Origin: a virus
Length of the DNA: 64,000 nt
Virus record (IMG/VR): IMGVR_UViG_3300011113_000396
Span: 1-64,000 of that record
Strand: one strand, 5' to 3'
Shown: positions 37,601-47,852 of the stretch, piece by piece
Layout of the letters: the number at the start of each line of letters is the position of its first letter
How positions within the stretch are numbered: the stretch's first letter is position 1
Program-made: the position numbers and the translations under genes
The notes under the pieces: generated by a model
Database searches by the model: none
Seen by the model: the letters and a program-made list of their open reading frames with translations, nothing else
What the model was told of the DNA's origin: nothing

Positions 37601-38724
37601 TAAAACACGAATCAAAAGAAATTCGTGGCGTAATTGAAGAAAATATGAGTCATGGGGTTTCTGGAATATTCATCTATAATAATATTTTATTTAATAGAGT
37701 AACATATCATGTTCCACATGGATATGAAAACAGTTGGTTTATGGATAGTTTACCTTCAGTTGCAAATAATTTTGCTAGAGGATTTACTTATAATGATCCT
37801 GCAATATTTTCAAAAACAGATTTTAGTGGGGTTGATCAAAGACAAAATCCAAATTACCAACCGATAAATTTTTATCATTCTTATAACGAAAATATATTCA
37901 TATCAAAATTATTAACACCGCTTCCACTTAATATTTTAAATCAAGCTGTAATTTTCCAAGGACCTATAACAAATGAAAATGATTCTAGTGCTGGGTATTA
38001 CGGAATTCACCCTAAATCTTGGAACAATTTTAAATACAATGATGAGATTTTATTAAATCATATTTTATGGGATATAGAAGTTGCTACCCATGGAAGAACA
38101 TATGAATATCTTTCTTCATCTGATGATATTTCAATGGAAGAAGCTTTAAGATATGAGGTTGGAGGATTTAATATCTCTAAATTGAATCCGGCTTTAGTTA
38201 GCAAAGTTAGATTGTTGGGTGTTACTGGGTCTGATCAAAATTTAATCTTACACAGAATTACTCTACCAATTCCATATATTTTAACAACTGATTATGCAAA
38301 ACCAGAACAGGGTTCATATTACGATAATTGGTATAATAATCATTTTGCTCAAAATGTTTTAGCCACAAGTGTCGATCCTTCCACTGGAACAACCCTTGAT
38401 AACATTAATCTTATCACGACTGGAAATAGAGATTTAGACTTCTATACTAAGTCTGTTGTAACAGAATCAAACGGTTCTCACTCATGGAGTACACTTAGAA
38501 CTGATAATAACATCAGACGTTTCAGTGTTGATGTTTTTGCTGGGACTCAATTAGTTGGAAACTTAGTACCAAGCAAATACTATCCAATGGGTGTTTGGTT
38601 GGTTACTGATGAAGTATCAATATTACCAGACGGAACCACGTTTAATAATTACAACTTAACTTTCCAATATCGTGATGCTGGTCCAATGGTTGATGGAATT
38701 ACTACTGCACCTTATAGAACATGA
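34654..38724 (+). CDS. gp15: Tail sheath stabilizer / tail terminator with ~1100-aa C-terminal extension
   Basis: First ~210 aa: AFASLFNNI, KVPL.YG.KEK, LPMMSF, QIIEQI.PYF.P; remainder is a GxT-rich unknown region. Confidence 0.85.
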   Translation: MFDSFYNDCIKKNTIAFASLFNNIYVNREDTEESKKIKVPLVYGGKEKYVSRLQNPSSISEKDKLQITLPMMSFDMSNLQYDTQRHRNKLEFNKLFYQEEGETKAKIKIGEYPCLMQFNLAIYTRNIEENFQIIEQIAPYFTPEYILTLDFDKTLTRGIDIPINLVASKIGNDYEGGFGNRRAVVSTLQFVMRTYLFGPEREATPILTTDFNLNTQDSFLQFITDVQVNDDLYLNNQSITVTWRQGGIFPRNPTIVITNLTNYTQEIVYDPETFDVGDGTNSVTFPIPASAPLLQQLYVRVFLGTVSDNSPAFEIRSAAGNISLLRLANFSGTTFNDLMSSNHYFFTQSGVTQFPRGNNLVLAYNYGSYSDLNIKTPGLLEYYRAFGLTFRANTIDNPQIPFGSVIHNGMWAGISYDQNRVLPCLTIYMRPGANVNLYANQGDGVFGTTQGSLANRRTSEDMFQATYGSQSYYINGFWGWNGTTSTISIGSYPTAGITIESGFSGYIFDKNNQNRYPDTGKYSTGVTHSQAGPSIRTLFDPTFTQKLYPNRGATGLRAWQITAFGSNNPADLFFDSNVISGSTLPIFTANPNLSGSDFNYLDNNDKMRFGTYMDCYRIAHNGNTYLIPSPFTANLVTDMLGFTAYKSTGFTGREEFAGKFGTTYVGGWNKLFDFVYAGKNINGVTFTPPTPCVDIIFNDHELRWGLGLGADALMIWRFMLLVDGLTTAWINRVKQDEFWPNLQAKYAEYPGLSFDRIFDNMKNSFIQFTSGPLSRKGLHGGIQFSTDALPLNEFYDNEVRKYWYGLQETSERRSPGCKFAPVHVNRIPKLKSAARFNDVTIQSFSQGVTLPYELIYHYPYGYPYTFSNYQGRYRRTGYGPTPSNPIALQGVTNIVINLNPTVQQVNISSDKLVPWFIEDSVGQTGTAFNVGISYNQTYFETNQLPTTLGNGTFVSFFGKYQEPSLWPTAGRSLSEKYEPFFAIKHESKEIRGVIEENMSHGVSGIFIYNNILFNRVTYHVPHGYENSWFMDSLPSVANNFARGFTYNDPAIFSKTDFSGVDQRQNPNYQPINFYHSYNENIFISKLLTPLPLNILNQAVIFQGPITNENDSSAGYYGIHPKSWNNFKYNDEILLNHILWDIEVATHGRTYEYLSSSDDISMEEALRYEVGGFNISKLNPALVSKVRLLGVTGSDQNLILHRITLPIPYILTTDYAKPEQGSYYDNWYNNHFAQNVLATSVDPSTGTTLDNINLITTGNRDLDFYTKSVVTESNGSHSWSTLRTDNNIRRFSVDVFAGTQLVGNLVPSKYYPMGVWLVTDEVSILPDGTTFNNYNLTFQYRDAGPMVDGITTAPYRT

Positions 38725-40355
38725 GTAAAAAACATAAAGGTTATTTAGGTAATTCAAACCTCAAAGAGGCTGGAATCCATATCGATTATACCCCTGAACA
38801 AGTTCAGGAGTATATTAAATGTGCAAAAGATCCAATTTATTTCATCAAAAACTATATTAAAATCGTTTCACTTGATAAGGGTTTAGTACCTTTTGATCTT
38901 TATGATTATCAGGAAGATATTGTTCAAAAAATGCACGATAACAGATTTATCATCGCAAAGCTTCCTCGTCAGTCAGGTAAATCTACCACAATGGTATCAT
39001 ACATTTTACATTATATTCTGTTTAATCAGAGTATGAATGTGGCTATTCTGGCAAATAAAGGCTCAACTGCTAGAGAAATTCTCAGTAGACTCCAATTAGC
39101 ATATGAGTATCTTCCAAAGTGGTTGCAGCAAGGCGTAGTAGAATGGAATAAAGGATCGTTAAAATTAGAAAACGGATCTAAAATTATCGCATCCACTACC
39201 TCTGCCTCAGCAATTCGTGGTGGATCGTTTAACATGATCTTTTTAGACGAATTTGCTCACGTTCCAAATAATGTTGCTGAAGAATTCTTTAGTTCAGTCT
39301 TCCCAACTGTAACTTCAGGCCAAACAACCAAAGTATTAATGGTCAGTACTCCAAATGGTATGAATATGTTCTACCATTTCTGGAAGAACGCTATTAAGAA
39401 GGACGGAGAGCCGGGTAAGAACGAGTATGTGCCCATTGAAGTAAACTGGAGGCAGATACCCCTTTATCCCGGAGGACCGATGAGAGGGGCTGAATGGCGG
39501 CAGCAAATGATCGATCAGACTAGCGAGATGCAGTTTGAAAGTGAATTTGAATGTTCTTTCTTAGGTTCATCAAACACTCTTATTTCGACATATAAACTCA
39601 ATACGCTAGTTTACAACCAGCCATTTGAGCGCAGACCCGGTGGCCTTAGCATTTACAAACCGCCCCATGAAGACGGTATTTACTTCTGTGTTGTGGATAC
39701 ATCTAGAGGTCAGGGGCACGATTATAGTGCTTTTGTGATTATAGATGGAAACACAAAGCCATTTGAGGTGGTAGCTGTTTATAGAAATAATGTAATTTCT
39801 CCTTTCGATTTTCCTATCGAAGTTTACAACGCTTGTACAGAATATGGTAATGCCCATTGTTTAGTTGAAATTAATGATGTTGGATCTCAGGTAACAGAAA
39901 TTTTACACAGAGATTATGAATACGAAAACCTAATTTCAACCCAATATATGGGTCGAGCTGGTCAAAAAATCTCTTTAGGATTCGGTAGAGGTCAAAAACA
40001 ATTTGGTGTTAGAACTAGCACAGCACTTAAAAAGATCGGGTGTGCTGCTCTTAAAAATTTAATTGAATGTGATAAATTGGTATTTTCAGATCAGGACATG
40101 GTTTCTGAGCTTTATACCTTTATCTCAAAGGCAAACTCATACCAAGCTGATGATGGCTACAACGATGACTTAGTCATGTGTTTAGTTTTATTTGGATGGC
40201 TAACAAGACAGGTTTACTTCGAAGATTTGCTGGATTTAAAGAACAAGAAAATAATAAATACAGAGGAACAACAAGAAAATCATATGTTCGTTGCAGATAT
40301 GGATGAGAGGGAAGATATGAAATTTGGTGGCGACTTATGGTTTGAGGTAAAATAA
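38721..40355 (+). CDS. gp17: Terminase large subunit
   Basis: YLGN.NLK, PRQSGKST (Walker A), FLDEFA (Walker B), VSTPNG, DDLVM. Confidence 0.97.
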   Translation: MSKKHKGYLGNSNLKEAGIHIDYTPEQVQEYIKCAKDPIYFIKNYIKIVSLDKGLVPFDLYDYQEDIVQKMHDNRFIIAKLPRQSGKSTTMVSYILHYILFNQSMNVAILANKGSTAREILSRLQLAYEYLPKWLQQGVVEWNKGSLKLENGSKIIASTTSASAIRGGSFNMIFLDEFAHVPNNVAEEFFSSVFPTVTSGQTTKVLMVSTPNGMNMFYHFWKNAIKKDGEPGKNEYVPIEVNWRQIPLYPGGPMRGAEWRQQMIDQTSEMQFESEFECSFLGSSNTLISTYKLNTLVYNQPFERRPGGLSIYKPPHEDGIYFCVVDTSRGQGHDYSAFVIIDGNTKPFEVVAVYRNNVISPFDFPIEVYNACTEYGNAHCLVEINDVGSQVTEILHRDYEYENLISTQYMGRAGQKISLGFGRGQKQFGVRTSTALKKIGCAALKNLIECDKLVFSDQDMVSELYTFISKANSYQADDGYNDDLVMCLVLFGWLTRQVYFEDLLDLKNKKIINTEEQQENHMFVADMDEREDMKFGGDLWFEVK

Positions 40356-43300
40356 ATGGCTGAATTAACACACTCACATAACATTAGCGGAACTCTTATA
40401 GGCCTTACACCCGGAAGTGCTCCTTTAACCGTTGGATTAACCTTTTCTGTTGATGGTGTGTCATTCTCCTCTGTAAATTTTGATCTTCGCATTGATGTAG
40501 ATACTTTTGATTTAAGTGTTCCTTATACTTCTATTGATACTTTTAGAGAATTAAATGGAAGTTCAGAAGTTCTAATTGCAAATAATTCAAATGGACTTAT
40601 TGTTAGTAACACTGGAACTACATGGAACCATTTTATTGGAATTACATTATATTCCCCGCAACAAAATATTTTTAATGCCGGATTAGCAAATCAAATGCTA
40701 GCTGGTGATTTACATTATCGAACAAGAGCAAATAATTTTTCTTTAAAATATGGAGCGTTTGGTCAAACAGGAAGTGGCCAAATAGCAGAAGTCGCATCAT
40801 CAACAAGAGGCGAAACACTTTCATTTAGACCATTTAATATTGTTTCGGCTACAAATGGAGTTGCAGGATCCACTCTCGGATTAACTTTACAATCTGCTAA
40901 TATTCAAAGATATTATGTTGGTATTGGTACTGGTGCAACATTTTTTGGTATTGTTTCATTACTAGGATGCACCAATGGTATTAATTTAAATTCTTCTAAT
41001 TTAACATCTACACAAATTTCAGAAATAAATGCTGATTACTTAGATCCTAATATTTCTGGTACTGATTCAAAATTCAATACACTCAGAAGAATTATTGATA
41101 ATTCTGGTACAACAATATTCAATACTTCTTATACAGAATTTGTAGTGCCAAAACATATTCCGACTGGAAGTTATTATTTAATGCCAATCCCAAATTCATT
41201 TTTTGGACTTCCGGCATTTAGCAATGACGAATCCTTTACAGCTTCGGGACAAAATATTAATTTATCACAAACAAATATTAATATTACAAATAATATATCT
41301 TCTGGGTTGACTGGAGTTTATAGTTTATCATCTGGTGTAACGCATTTTACAACGGCAATATCAACAAGACTTCCAATTGTATCACAAGCCTTTTCTAATG
41401 TAGATTTTGCTGATAAAACTTTTTCGATATTTGATCCAATAACATTTAATTTAGTTACATCTCCCTATGGAATTACAAATAATTTAACAGGAAATACGTT
41501 TCATAAGTTAGATTATGGCTTTAATAATAGAGGAACAACTAACTATGGAGGTGCTTTAACGGATAATCCTGTATCTCATGTACCACCATTATTTGGATTT
41601 ATTCCTATTGGATTAACTATTGGAAATACTCTAACTGTATTATTAGATGGTATTACATTTTACGAAAAAATTTATAATCCATATAATGTTAATTTTAATA
41701 ATACATCACTTGCACATTTTTATACAAGTGAAAGTACTATACAAAATAATAAACGTTTTATACGTTTAATAAATGAATCTGGCGATTTAGCTGCTAAAAG
41801 AAATTTAAATCACATCAATAGAGCATTTTATAGAGTTGATTTTAATAATCATGCTAATCCTTGGGGATTTACTGGATTTACTTTTGGTCAAGGATCTACA
41901 CAAAGCCAATTAAAGGTATTTTACGGTAATCCTGCAAATGGTATATCATTTATTCTACCAATAAATACAGGCTCACCAGCAGACTTTTACTCGTTAACCG
42001 GGCAAGACGTTTTTATTCCGATTCAAGGCACTGCTAGTGGATCTACATTGACCCCGGGAGCTTCTGTTGAAATACACTATCAAAATAGACCACTTGGGTA
42101 TCTAGAAAAATTAAATTTATATAATGCATCTGGTAATTTTGCTTTAGGAATTACTATTGCGGATAATAGAACCTTTATTCCAAAAAACACAACTGAATTG
42201 GGATATATAAGAAAAAACTTTGATCAATCTAATGTTGAAACTTTTATTGTCCCAAATTTAAATAGTGTTGGATCTACTGGAACTGCAAGAATATCATTTA
42301 TTAGAGGGGATGGAGTAAGTTTTGAATTTGGCTCAACTCCGATCACAACTCCATTTAGAACATTTTCACCTATACACACGATAGGAAATATTTCTGGACT
42401 GACGTTAATCGCAACTGGGGTTACACAATCAACAAGCCCAACAAGCTTTACAAGATTTATTGCTCCTGCTGTTGATTTAATGCGAATAACTGTAAATCAT
42501 GGCCTAACAAATCTTGAGTCCGGAATAATTGGAAGAAATAATATCCACAGTAGATATTATATGCAATCAAATGTTGATAATTTTTTAACTGATGGTAGTT
42601 TCTATAGAGGTTATTTGAGTTTTATACTTGATTCTGTCGGTCCAGAAAATGTTGTAAATAATGGTATTAGTGTTACAAATCGTACATTGCGTTCTTTTAG
42701 AGAAGCTGCTTTAGAACGTGCTAATAACATAAATGCTATAAATGGCATTTCTTTGAGTATTCCTTTGAGAAATTTTCAAGGTGTTATCACTGAAGGTTGG
42801 CCATTCGATACAATTGAAGGTAATAGTTCATTAACTCAATTGATGAACTATTTTAATGGCCCACCATTGACCGAGGCTCAATTATCAGCAGTTGCAGACA
42901 CATTTAATTATCCTCAATATGATACCGGGTTTACACTTATGTTTGATCAGGGTGACAGTCCGGATGAGACTTTTAATAACGGGGAATGGTTTCTTGCAAA
43001 TCCTCAATCGTTCTTAAGATATTCCAGTGGCAGCACGTTCTTCCCATCAACTGCATTTAGTTTTGATAATACCACGATAAGCTTTCCACACTACATTTTC
43101 TATGACTATAGAATTACTGGTGTGACTTTATCATCTACATCTTCTGTTCAATCGCAACAATCATTAACAACAACAATAACTGTACAAGATTTACCTCACG
43201 CATCAATTTTTGATGGATTAAGACTATCAGTTCTTAATGGTACTTCTGAAGTGTTTACAAAAAATTTATTATATACAACTTCTAGCAGTAATGATTATAG

Positions 43301-44738
43301 AATACCCGGTTATTCTGGGTTAGGTGTAACAAATTATGCTGCTTATTATACAACTACTCCAAGGGCAATAACTGGTATTTTTGTAGGTAGTGGAGTTACG
43401 TTAGGGGGAATAACTATTAGTCCCCCAGCAACTGGTTGGCCAGCTTCTGCGACTCTTACTGTAAGAGTAAGTCCAATATTTAAATCATTTATTAATATTA
43501 CAAGTGATGTTGATGTTTTACGGACTAATTCTTATGTTAGAGATACATCATTCTCAACTGCTGCTCAACCAACAACTGGTGGGGGTGGTGGTGGATCGTC
43601 TAGTGGATCCGTAAGCGTATCAGAATCTGTTGTTACTGGTGTCGCTTTCACCTCAACCGAAAACGATTTCTATGCAGGATTCCTCTGTGGTACTACTGCT
43701 TATAATATTATTACAAATAATAGTACTGCTTCGTATTCAGTACTAACCAGTAGCAGCACAGCCTACGCCAACGCCAAGGCTGCGTTTGATGCTGGAACTC
43801 TAACGTCAAACACTTCAACAGACATTGAAATTCATTCTTTACTTAACTATATGGATTACGGTGGAAACATAATTGTTGCCCCAACAATTGATGGATTGTT
43901 AGGAAGCAATTATGAATATGATGTAGTATTTGCTGAAGACAATAAGAGATATGGTGAATTGATGCGTATTGGTTCTGAAAAGAATCATGCAATTGTTATT
44001 GTTGGAACCTCCCTTGAAGAGGATGCAGCCTCATTTGCAGCTCCAGCATATACTAATCTCAATTCAGCAGGGCTTGTTGATGGATTGACCTATATGACAA
44101 CTGCAAATAAGGGTGAATATGTGTTCTCAGTGCTAGGATACAAGAATAGAACCCGTTTCTATGGTTCCGGAACTGATACTGTTCGCCTTTATCTGTCCTC
44201 TGATGTTGCAGGCGCATATGCTCGTTCGTATGTAGAGAATAAATACCACTTATCAAGCTCTGGTTCGATTAGAGGCGGAATCAAAACTTATTCAAATATT
44301 ACTCCAACTATTGTAGATCGTGATCTCTCTGGCTATTACACCAGAGGTATCAACCCAATCTACATTCCAAGCGGTACAAACAGAGCTGCTATTTGGGGAG
44401 ATGCCACTGGTATTACTACAGGAAACGAAGTATATAGAAAGTCGGCTTCAATCTCCAAGAACACTAGCACAATTAAGAGAGAATTCAAGAAGATCTTTGA
44501 AGACTTCCAATTTGAACAAAATAATGCTGGTACAAGAGCACAATTCGTTTCAAGAGCAACTACTGTTCTTGATAAGTTGCAATCTGTTGGTGGCCTTGCT
44601 TCTTACACGTTAATTTGCAATGAAACAAACAATACCCCAACTGTAATTGCACAGAAGAGATTGGTTGTTGACTTGACAATAGTACCTAATAATTCAATCG
44701 AATCTATAGTCTTGAATTTTGTTCTTAATCAAATCTAA
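40356..44738 (+). CDS. gp18: Tail sheath paralog 1: ~1075-aa N-terminal extension + Gly/Ser linker + minimal sheath domain
   Basis: C-terminal RGINPI, WGD.T, FQFEQNN..TR, ICNETNNTP.VI, DL.I.P..SIE.I.LNF. Confidence 0.8.
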   Translation: MAELTHSHNISGTLIGLTPGSAPLTVGLTFSVDGVSFSSVNFDLRIDVDTFDLSVPYTSIDTFRELNGSSEVLIANNSNGLIVSNTGTTWNHFIGITLYSPQQNIFNAGLANQMLAGDLHYRTRANNFSLKYGAFGQTGSGQIAEVASSTRGETLSFRPFNIVSATNGVAGSTLGLTLQSANIQRYYVGIGTGATFFGIVSLLGCTNGINLNSSNLTSTQISEINADYLDPNISGTDSKFNTLRRIIDNSGTTIFNTSYTEFVVPKHIPTGSYYLMPIPNSFFGLPAFSNDESFTASGQNINLSQTNINITNNISSGLTGVYSLSSGVTHFTTAISTRLPIVSQAFSNVDFADKTFSIFDPITFNLVTSPYGITNNLTGNTFHKLDYGFNNRGTTNYGGALTDNPVSHVPPLFGFIPIGLTIGNTLTVLLDGITFYEKIYNPYNVNFNNTSLAHFYTSESTIQNNKRFIRLINESGDLAAKRNLNHINRAFYRVDFNNHANPWGFTGFTFGQGSTQSQLKVFYGNPANGISFILPINTGSPADFYSLTGQDVFIPIQGTASGSTLTPGASVEIHYQNRPLGYLEKLNLYNASGNFALGITIADNRTFIPKNTTELGYIRKNFDQSNVETFIVPNLNSVGSTGTARISFIRGDGVSFEFGSTPITTPFRTFSPIHTIGNISGLTLIATGVTQSTSPTSFTRFIAPAVDLMRITVNHGLTNLESGIIGRNNIHSRYYMQSNVDNFLTDGSFYRGYLSFILDSVGPENVVNNGISVTNRTLRSFREAALERANNINAINGISLSIPLRNFQGVITEGWPFDTIEGNSSLTQLMNYFNGPPLTEAQLSAVADTFNYPQYDTGFTLMFDQGDSPDETFNNGEWFLANPQSFLRYSSGSTFFPSTAFSFDNTTISFPHYIFYDYRITGVTLSSTSSVQSQQSLTTTITVQDLPHASIFDGLRLSVLNGTSEVFTKNLLYTTSSSNDYRIPGYSGLGVTNYAAYYTTTPRAITGIFVGSGVTLGGITISPPATGWPASATLTVRVSPIFKSFINITSDVDVLRTNSYVRDTSFSTAAQPTTGGGGGGSSSGSVSVSESVVTGVAFTSTENDFYAGFLCGTTAYNIITNNSTASYSVLTSSSTAYANAKAAFDAGTLTSNTSTDIEIHSLLNYMDYGGNIIVAPTIDGLLGSNYEYDVVFAEDNKRYGELMRIGSEKNHAIVIVGTSLEEDAASFAAPAYTNLNSAGLVDGLTYMTTANKGEYVFSVLGYKNRTRFYGSGTDTVRLYLSSDVAGAYARSYVENKYHLSSSGSIRGGIKTYSNITPTIVDRDLSGYYTRGINPIYIPSGTNRAAIWGDATGITTGNEVYRKSASISKNTSTIKREFKKIFEDFQFEQNNAGTRAQFVSRATTVLDKLQSVGGLASYTLICNETNNTPTVIAQKRLVVDLTIVPNNSIESIVLNFVLNQI

Positions 44739-44748
44739 TAAATAGTAT

Positions 44749-45882
44749 ATGCCGATTACCACAACCACACAATCAAACACATTTAACATCACCCCAGTAT
44801 CTGCTACAGATCACTATACTGGGTTTTTGTGTTCCACATCGACATATAATTTATTAGGAACAACTGCTGATTCATTTACGAATCTTGAAACTATTTCAGA
44901 CTCTATTTCTACATTAGCGGGAAGAACAAGCTATACCAGTATTACCACAAATAGTCTAGTTGACAGAGAAATCCATTCAATATTTAATTGCATGGAATAT
45001 GGTGGTAAAATGGTTATTTCTGGGACTACTGCTGGACTAGCCTTATCGTCAGCTAAAATTTCAGAAGTTATAGCCGAGGATACCTCTAGATACAGCGACG
45101 TAATTAGTGTAGCCAAAGCTAGACTGAATTGCAATGCAATTATTGGTTCTGACAGAGATCAGAGTGGGGACTACACCACTCCTGATCAAGCATCAATTAT
45201 ATCCTCAGTATCAACTCAATTGGGGTCTACTGGCACAACAGCAATTTCTTATCTCGCAGCCACAATTATTGGTTATAAGGAAAGGCCAAGATTCTACACA
45301 GGTAGTTCATCCTCTACAAGCGCAATTACAATTTTCCTTGTGTCTGATGCTGCTGGAGCAAATGCTAGAGCGTCAGCACAATCAAAACCATATTTAACCT
45401 CTGCTGGTGTTTATAGAGGAGAACTTTTAAATTATACAAATGTTACCCCTAAGCTCTCGTTTACATCATCAACAACACTAGCCTCAAGAGGAATTAATTA
45501 TTATAATTATCTCCAATCAAAGGGTAAATATTATCTTTGGGGCGATGAAACAGGATTTAGAGATAGCACAAGTGCTAAAAGTTCTTATGGTTTCTCCAAA
45601 GCATTCCTTTATATTAACCGCGAAGTAACTTCCATATTGGATGATTATGTCTTTGAATTTAATGATGCTACCACTAGGTCAGCAATCAAATCAAAGATGC
45701 AGAATATACTTGATCCGATGATTTCAAGCGGTTCTTTGGTAAGTTATACTTTGATTTGCGACGAAACTAATAATCCACAAACAGTAATCAATCAGAGACA
45801 GCTTAAAGTAGATCTAACAATAGTACCAAATCTACCAGTTAAGAGCATTACTTTAAGCTTTAGCATATCTCTGTTATCATGA
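44749..45882 (+). CDS. gp18: Tail sheath paralog 2 (minimal, 377 aa)
   Basis: RGIN, WGD.T, YVFEFND..TR, ICDETNNP..VI; AATAAATA box 4 nt upstream. Confidence 0.8.
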   Translation: MPITTTTQSNTFNITPVSATDHYTGFLCSTSTYNLLGTTADSFTNLETISDSISTLAGRTSYTSITTNSLVDREIHSIFNCMEYGGKMVISGTTAGLALSSAKISEVIAEDTSRYSDVISVAKARLNCNAIIGSDRDQSGDYTTPDQASIISSVSTQLGSTGTTAISYLAATIIGYKERPRFYTGSSSSTSAITIFLVSDAAGANARASAQSKPYLTSAGVYRGELLNYTNVTPKLSFTSSTTLASRGINYYNYLQSKGKYYLWGDETGFRDSTSAKSSYGFSKAFLYINREVTSILDDYVFEFNDATTRSAIKSKMQNILDPMISSGSLVSYTLICDETNNPQTVINQRQLKVDLTIVPNLPVKSITLSFSISLLS

Positions 45883-47291
45883 ACATAGTTAACTACGGAC
45901 AAACTACAGTACCAAGCGATTTTAAAATTCTCGCTTTTGTATCTCCATTAACGCAAAGTGTTTTGTCCGGAATAACTACTTCAAGTCTTGGGTCTGATCA
46001 ATTAACATATGTAGAGTCGTTAGAAGATTTTGTAGATACTTTATTTGGTTATACTGCTATAACTTTTCAAGCTGGATCAGGAGCAACTGCTGAGAAAATA
46101 ACGGATGTGGAGTTACATGGCATAATGACGATGCTTGAATATGGAGCATCTGTATATGTTATGAATACTACTGGTTTAACAGAATCAGGTGCATATACAA
46201 CAAAAAATATTCAAAGCGTTATTAACTCGACAGGTGCAGGGTGCATTGTTAACAATGTATTTGATGGATTGACTGGTTCTGGGTTTACTGGAATACAAGA
46301 TACTCCAATAATAATTCAAAATACAGATTTTGAACAAAGATTATTAAATTATTTTATCACAGAAGTTAATGATCCCGGAAATACAGCTGGAACCCCCTTT
46401 ACATATAACGATCAGCTGGGCGAAATATATGCCAATTTTCAAGATGACATTCAGCCATCTGATACATTTACAGAATTATTTCCTTCATTAGGTAAGTTTG
46501 CTTATGATACATTTCCATCGGCAGTTTATGGAACTTCAGAATATAATAATTTTATCGTATCCAACGGAAAATTAATCGATCAAAATATTATAGAGCTTTT
46601 GGGTATTAAGATAAGAAATAGATGTATCAATCCAGAGACAAACCCAGAATCTACAAGTGAACTTTGGACTAAAATTCCGGTTCCGATGGTTTATGATCTA
46701 GCTGGTCAGTTTTCAAGGCTTAATTTAGCCGGAACTCCATGGAGCAGCACATCAAATTTCTTGGTAGGTCCATTGCTTAATATTGTTCAAGACGATGGTG
46801 AATATGTTTTGCCGTTTTCGGATAGCAATTCAGTGGCTGAGTTTAAAAATACCATCACCGGACTTATCAATAATAGAATAAATTATGCAACTTTCTATAG
46901 TTTTGACGGAATTTATGGTTGCTATTTCTTAAGTGATCTGACTTGCGAATCTCAAACTGATAATTCGGCTCCATTTACGCTGGCTCAAAGCGAAAAAAGC
47001 GTTTATTTTGTAAACATTACAAAGTATATTAAAACTAAAATTTCATCAATTTGTGAAAATTATGTGTTTGAACTAAACAATGAGATAACTCGTTTACAGT
47101 TAACATCTGAAATATTAACCTTCATGAATGGATTGCTGTCTGACGGAGCTATTAATAACTTTAATATTGTTGCGGATGATACAAATAACACATTTGAAGA
47201 TCGTATAAATAGAAGGTTGAGGGTAGATGTATCCTATACAACTAATCCAACAAATGATTTTGTGGAGCAATCAATAATTATCATACCTTAA
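45879..47291 (+). CDS. gp18: Tail sheath paralog 3 (diverged, 470 aa)
   Basis: DLAG..SR, NRIN, YVFELNN..TR, DDTNNT......L.VDV. Confidence 0.7.
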   Translation: MNIVNYGQTTVPSDFKILAFVSPLTQSVLSGITTSSLGSDQLTYVESLEDFVDTLFGYTAITFQAGSGATAEKITDVELHGIMTMLEYGASVYVMNTTGLTESGAYTTKNIQSVINSTGAGCIVNNVFDGLTGSGFTGIQDTPIIIQNTDFEQRLLNYFITEVNDPGNTAGTPFTYNDQLGEIYANFQDDIQPSDTFTELFPSLGKFAYDTFPSAVYGTSEYNNFIVSNGKLIDQNIIELLGIKIRNRCINPETNPESTSELWTKIPVPMVYDLAGQFSRLNLAGTPWSSTSNFLVGPLLNIVQDDGEYVLPFSDSNSVAEFKNTITGLINNRINYATFYSFDGIYGCYFLSDLTCESQTDNSAPFTLAQSEKSVYFVNITKYIKTKISSICENYVFELNNEITRLQLTSEILTFMNGLLSDGAINNFNIVADDTNNTFEDRINRRLRVDVSYTTNPTNDFVEQSIIIIP

Positions 47292-47318
47292 AATACATAG
47301 ATAATAGGGTAGAAAACG

Positions 47319-47852
47319 ATGAGCAACGCAAATTCACTAAGTTATTTTAAACAAAAATTCAACGGTGGTACTCGCCAAAATCGATTTGAGGTTGAGGGAC
47401 AATGGCCGAATATTTCGGAAAATCCCAAAACATGCTTTCATATTGTTTCTGCAAGTATGCCACAGTCAGATGTTGGCATAATTCAAATTCCTTACAGAGG
47501 AAGAGTTTTAAATATAGCTGGAGATAGAGAATATGAAGCTTGGAACTTAGTGATTTATGATGACACAGGTACTAATTCTTTATGGAAAGCATTTACAAGT
47601 TGGTCTAACATAATTAATAAAATTTCTGGAAATACCATAAATCCTCAAAATGTAAATTTTAGAAATGTAAAAACTAATTGGAAAGTAAGACAACTTAATA
47701 CAACTAACAATGGAACTATTCGTGAACTTGAGTTGTTGGGTTGTTGGCCAGCTTCTGTAGGAGCTTTAAATTTCAATGCTTCAAATGTTAATCCTGTTGT
47801 TTTTAATGTAACTATGAATTACGATCAATTTAGGATAACAAAATACTCATGA
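47319..47852 (+). CDS. gp19: Tail tube protein paralog 1
   Basis: GGTRQNRFEV, IPYRGR...IAGDR.Y..W....YDD, WP..VG, F.VT..YD. Confidence 0.9.
   Translation: MSNANSLSYFKQKFNGGTRQNRFEVEGQWPNISENPKTCFHIVSASMPQSDVGIIQIPYRGRVLNIAGDREYEAWNLVIYDDTGTNSLWKAFTSWSNIINKISGNTINPQNVNFRNVKTNWKVRQLNTTNNGTIRELELLGCWPASVGALNFNASNVNPVVFNVTMNYDQFRITKYS

Noticed and set aside
34654-44738. Inteins or introns explaining the oversized gp15 and gp18
   Set aside because: The extra sequence is terminal, not internal, and no intein splice or LAGLIDADG/HNH motifs were seen.
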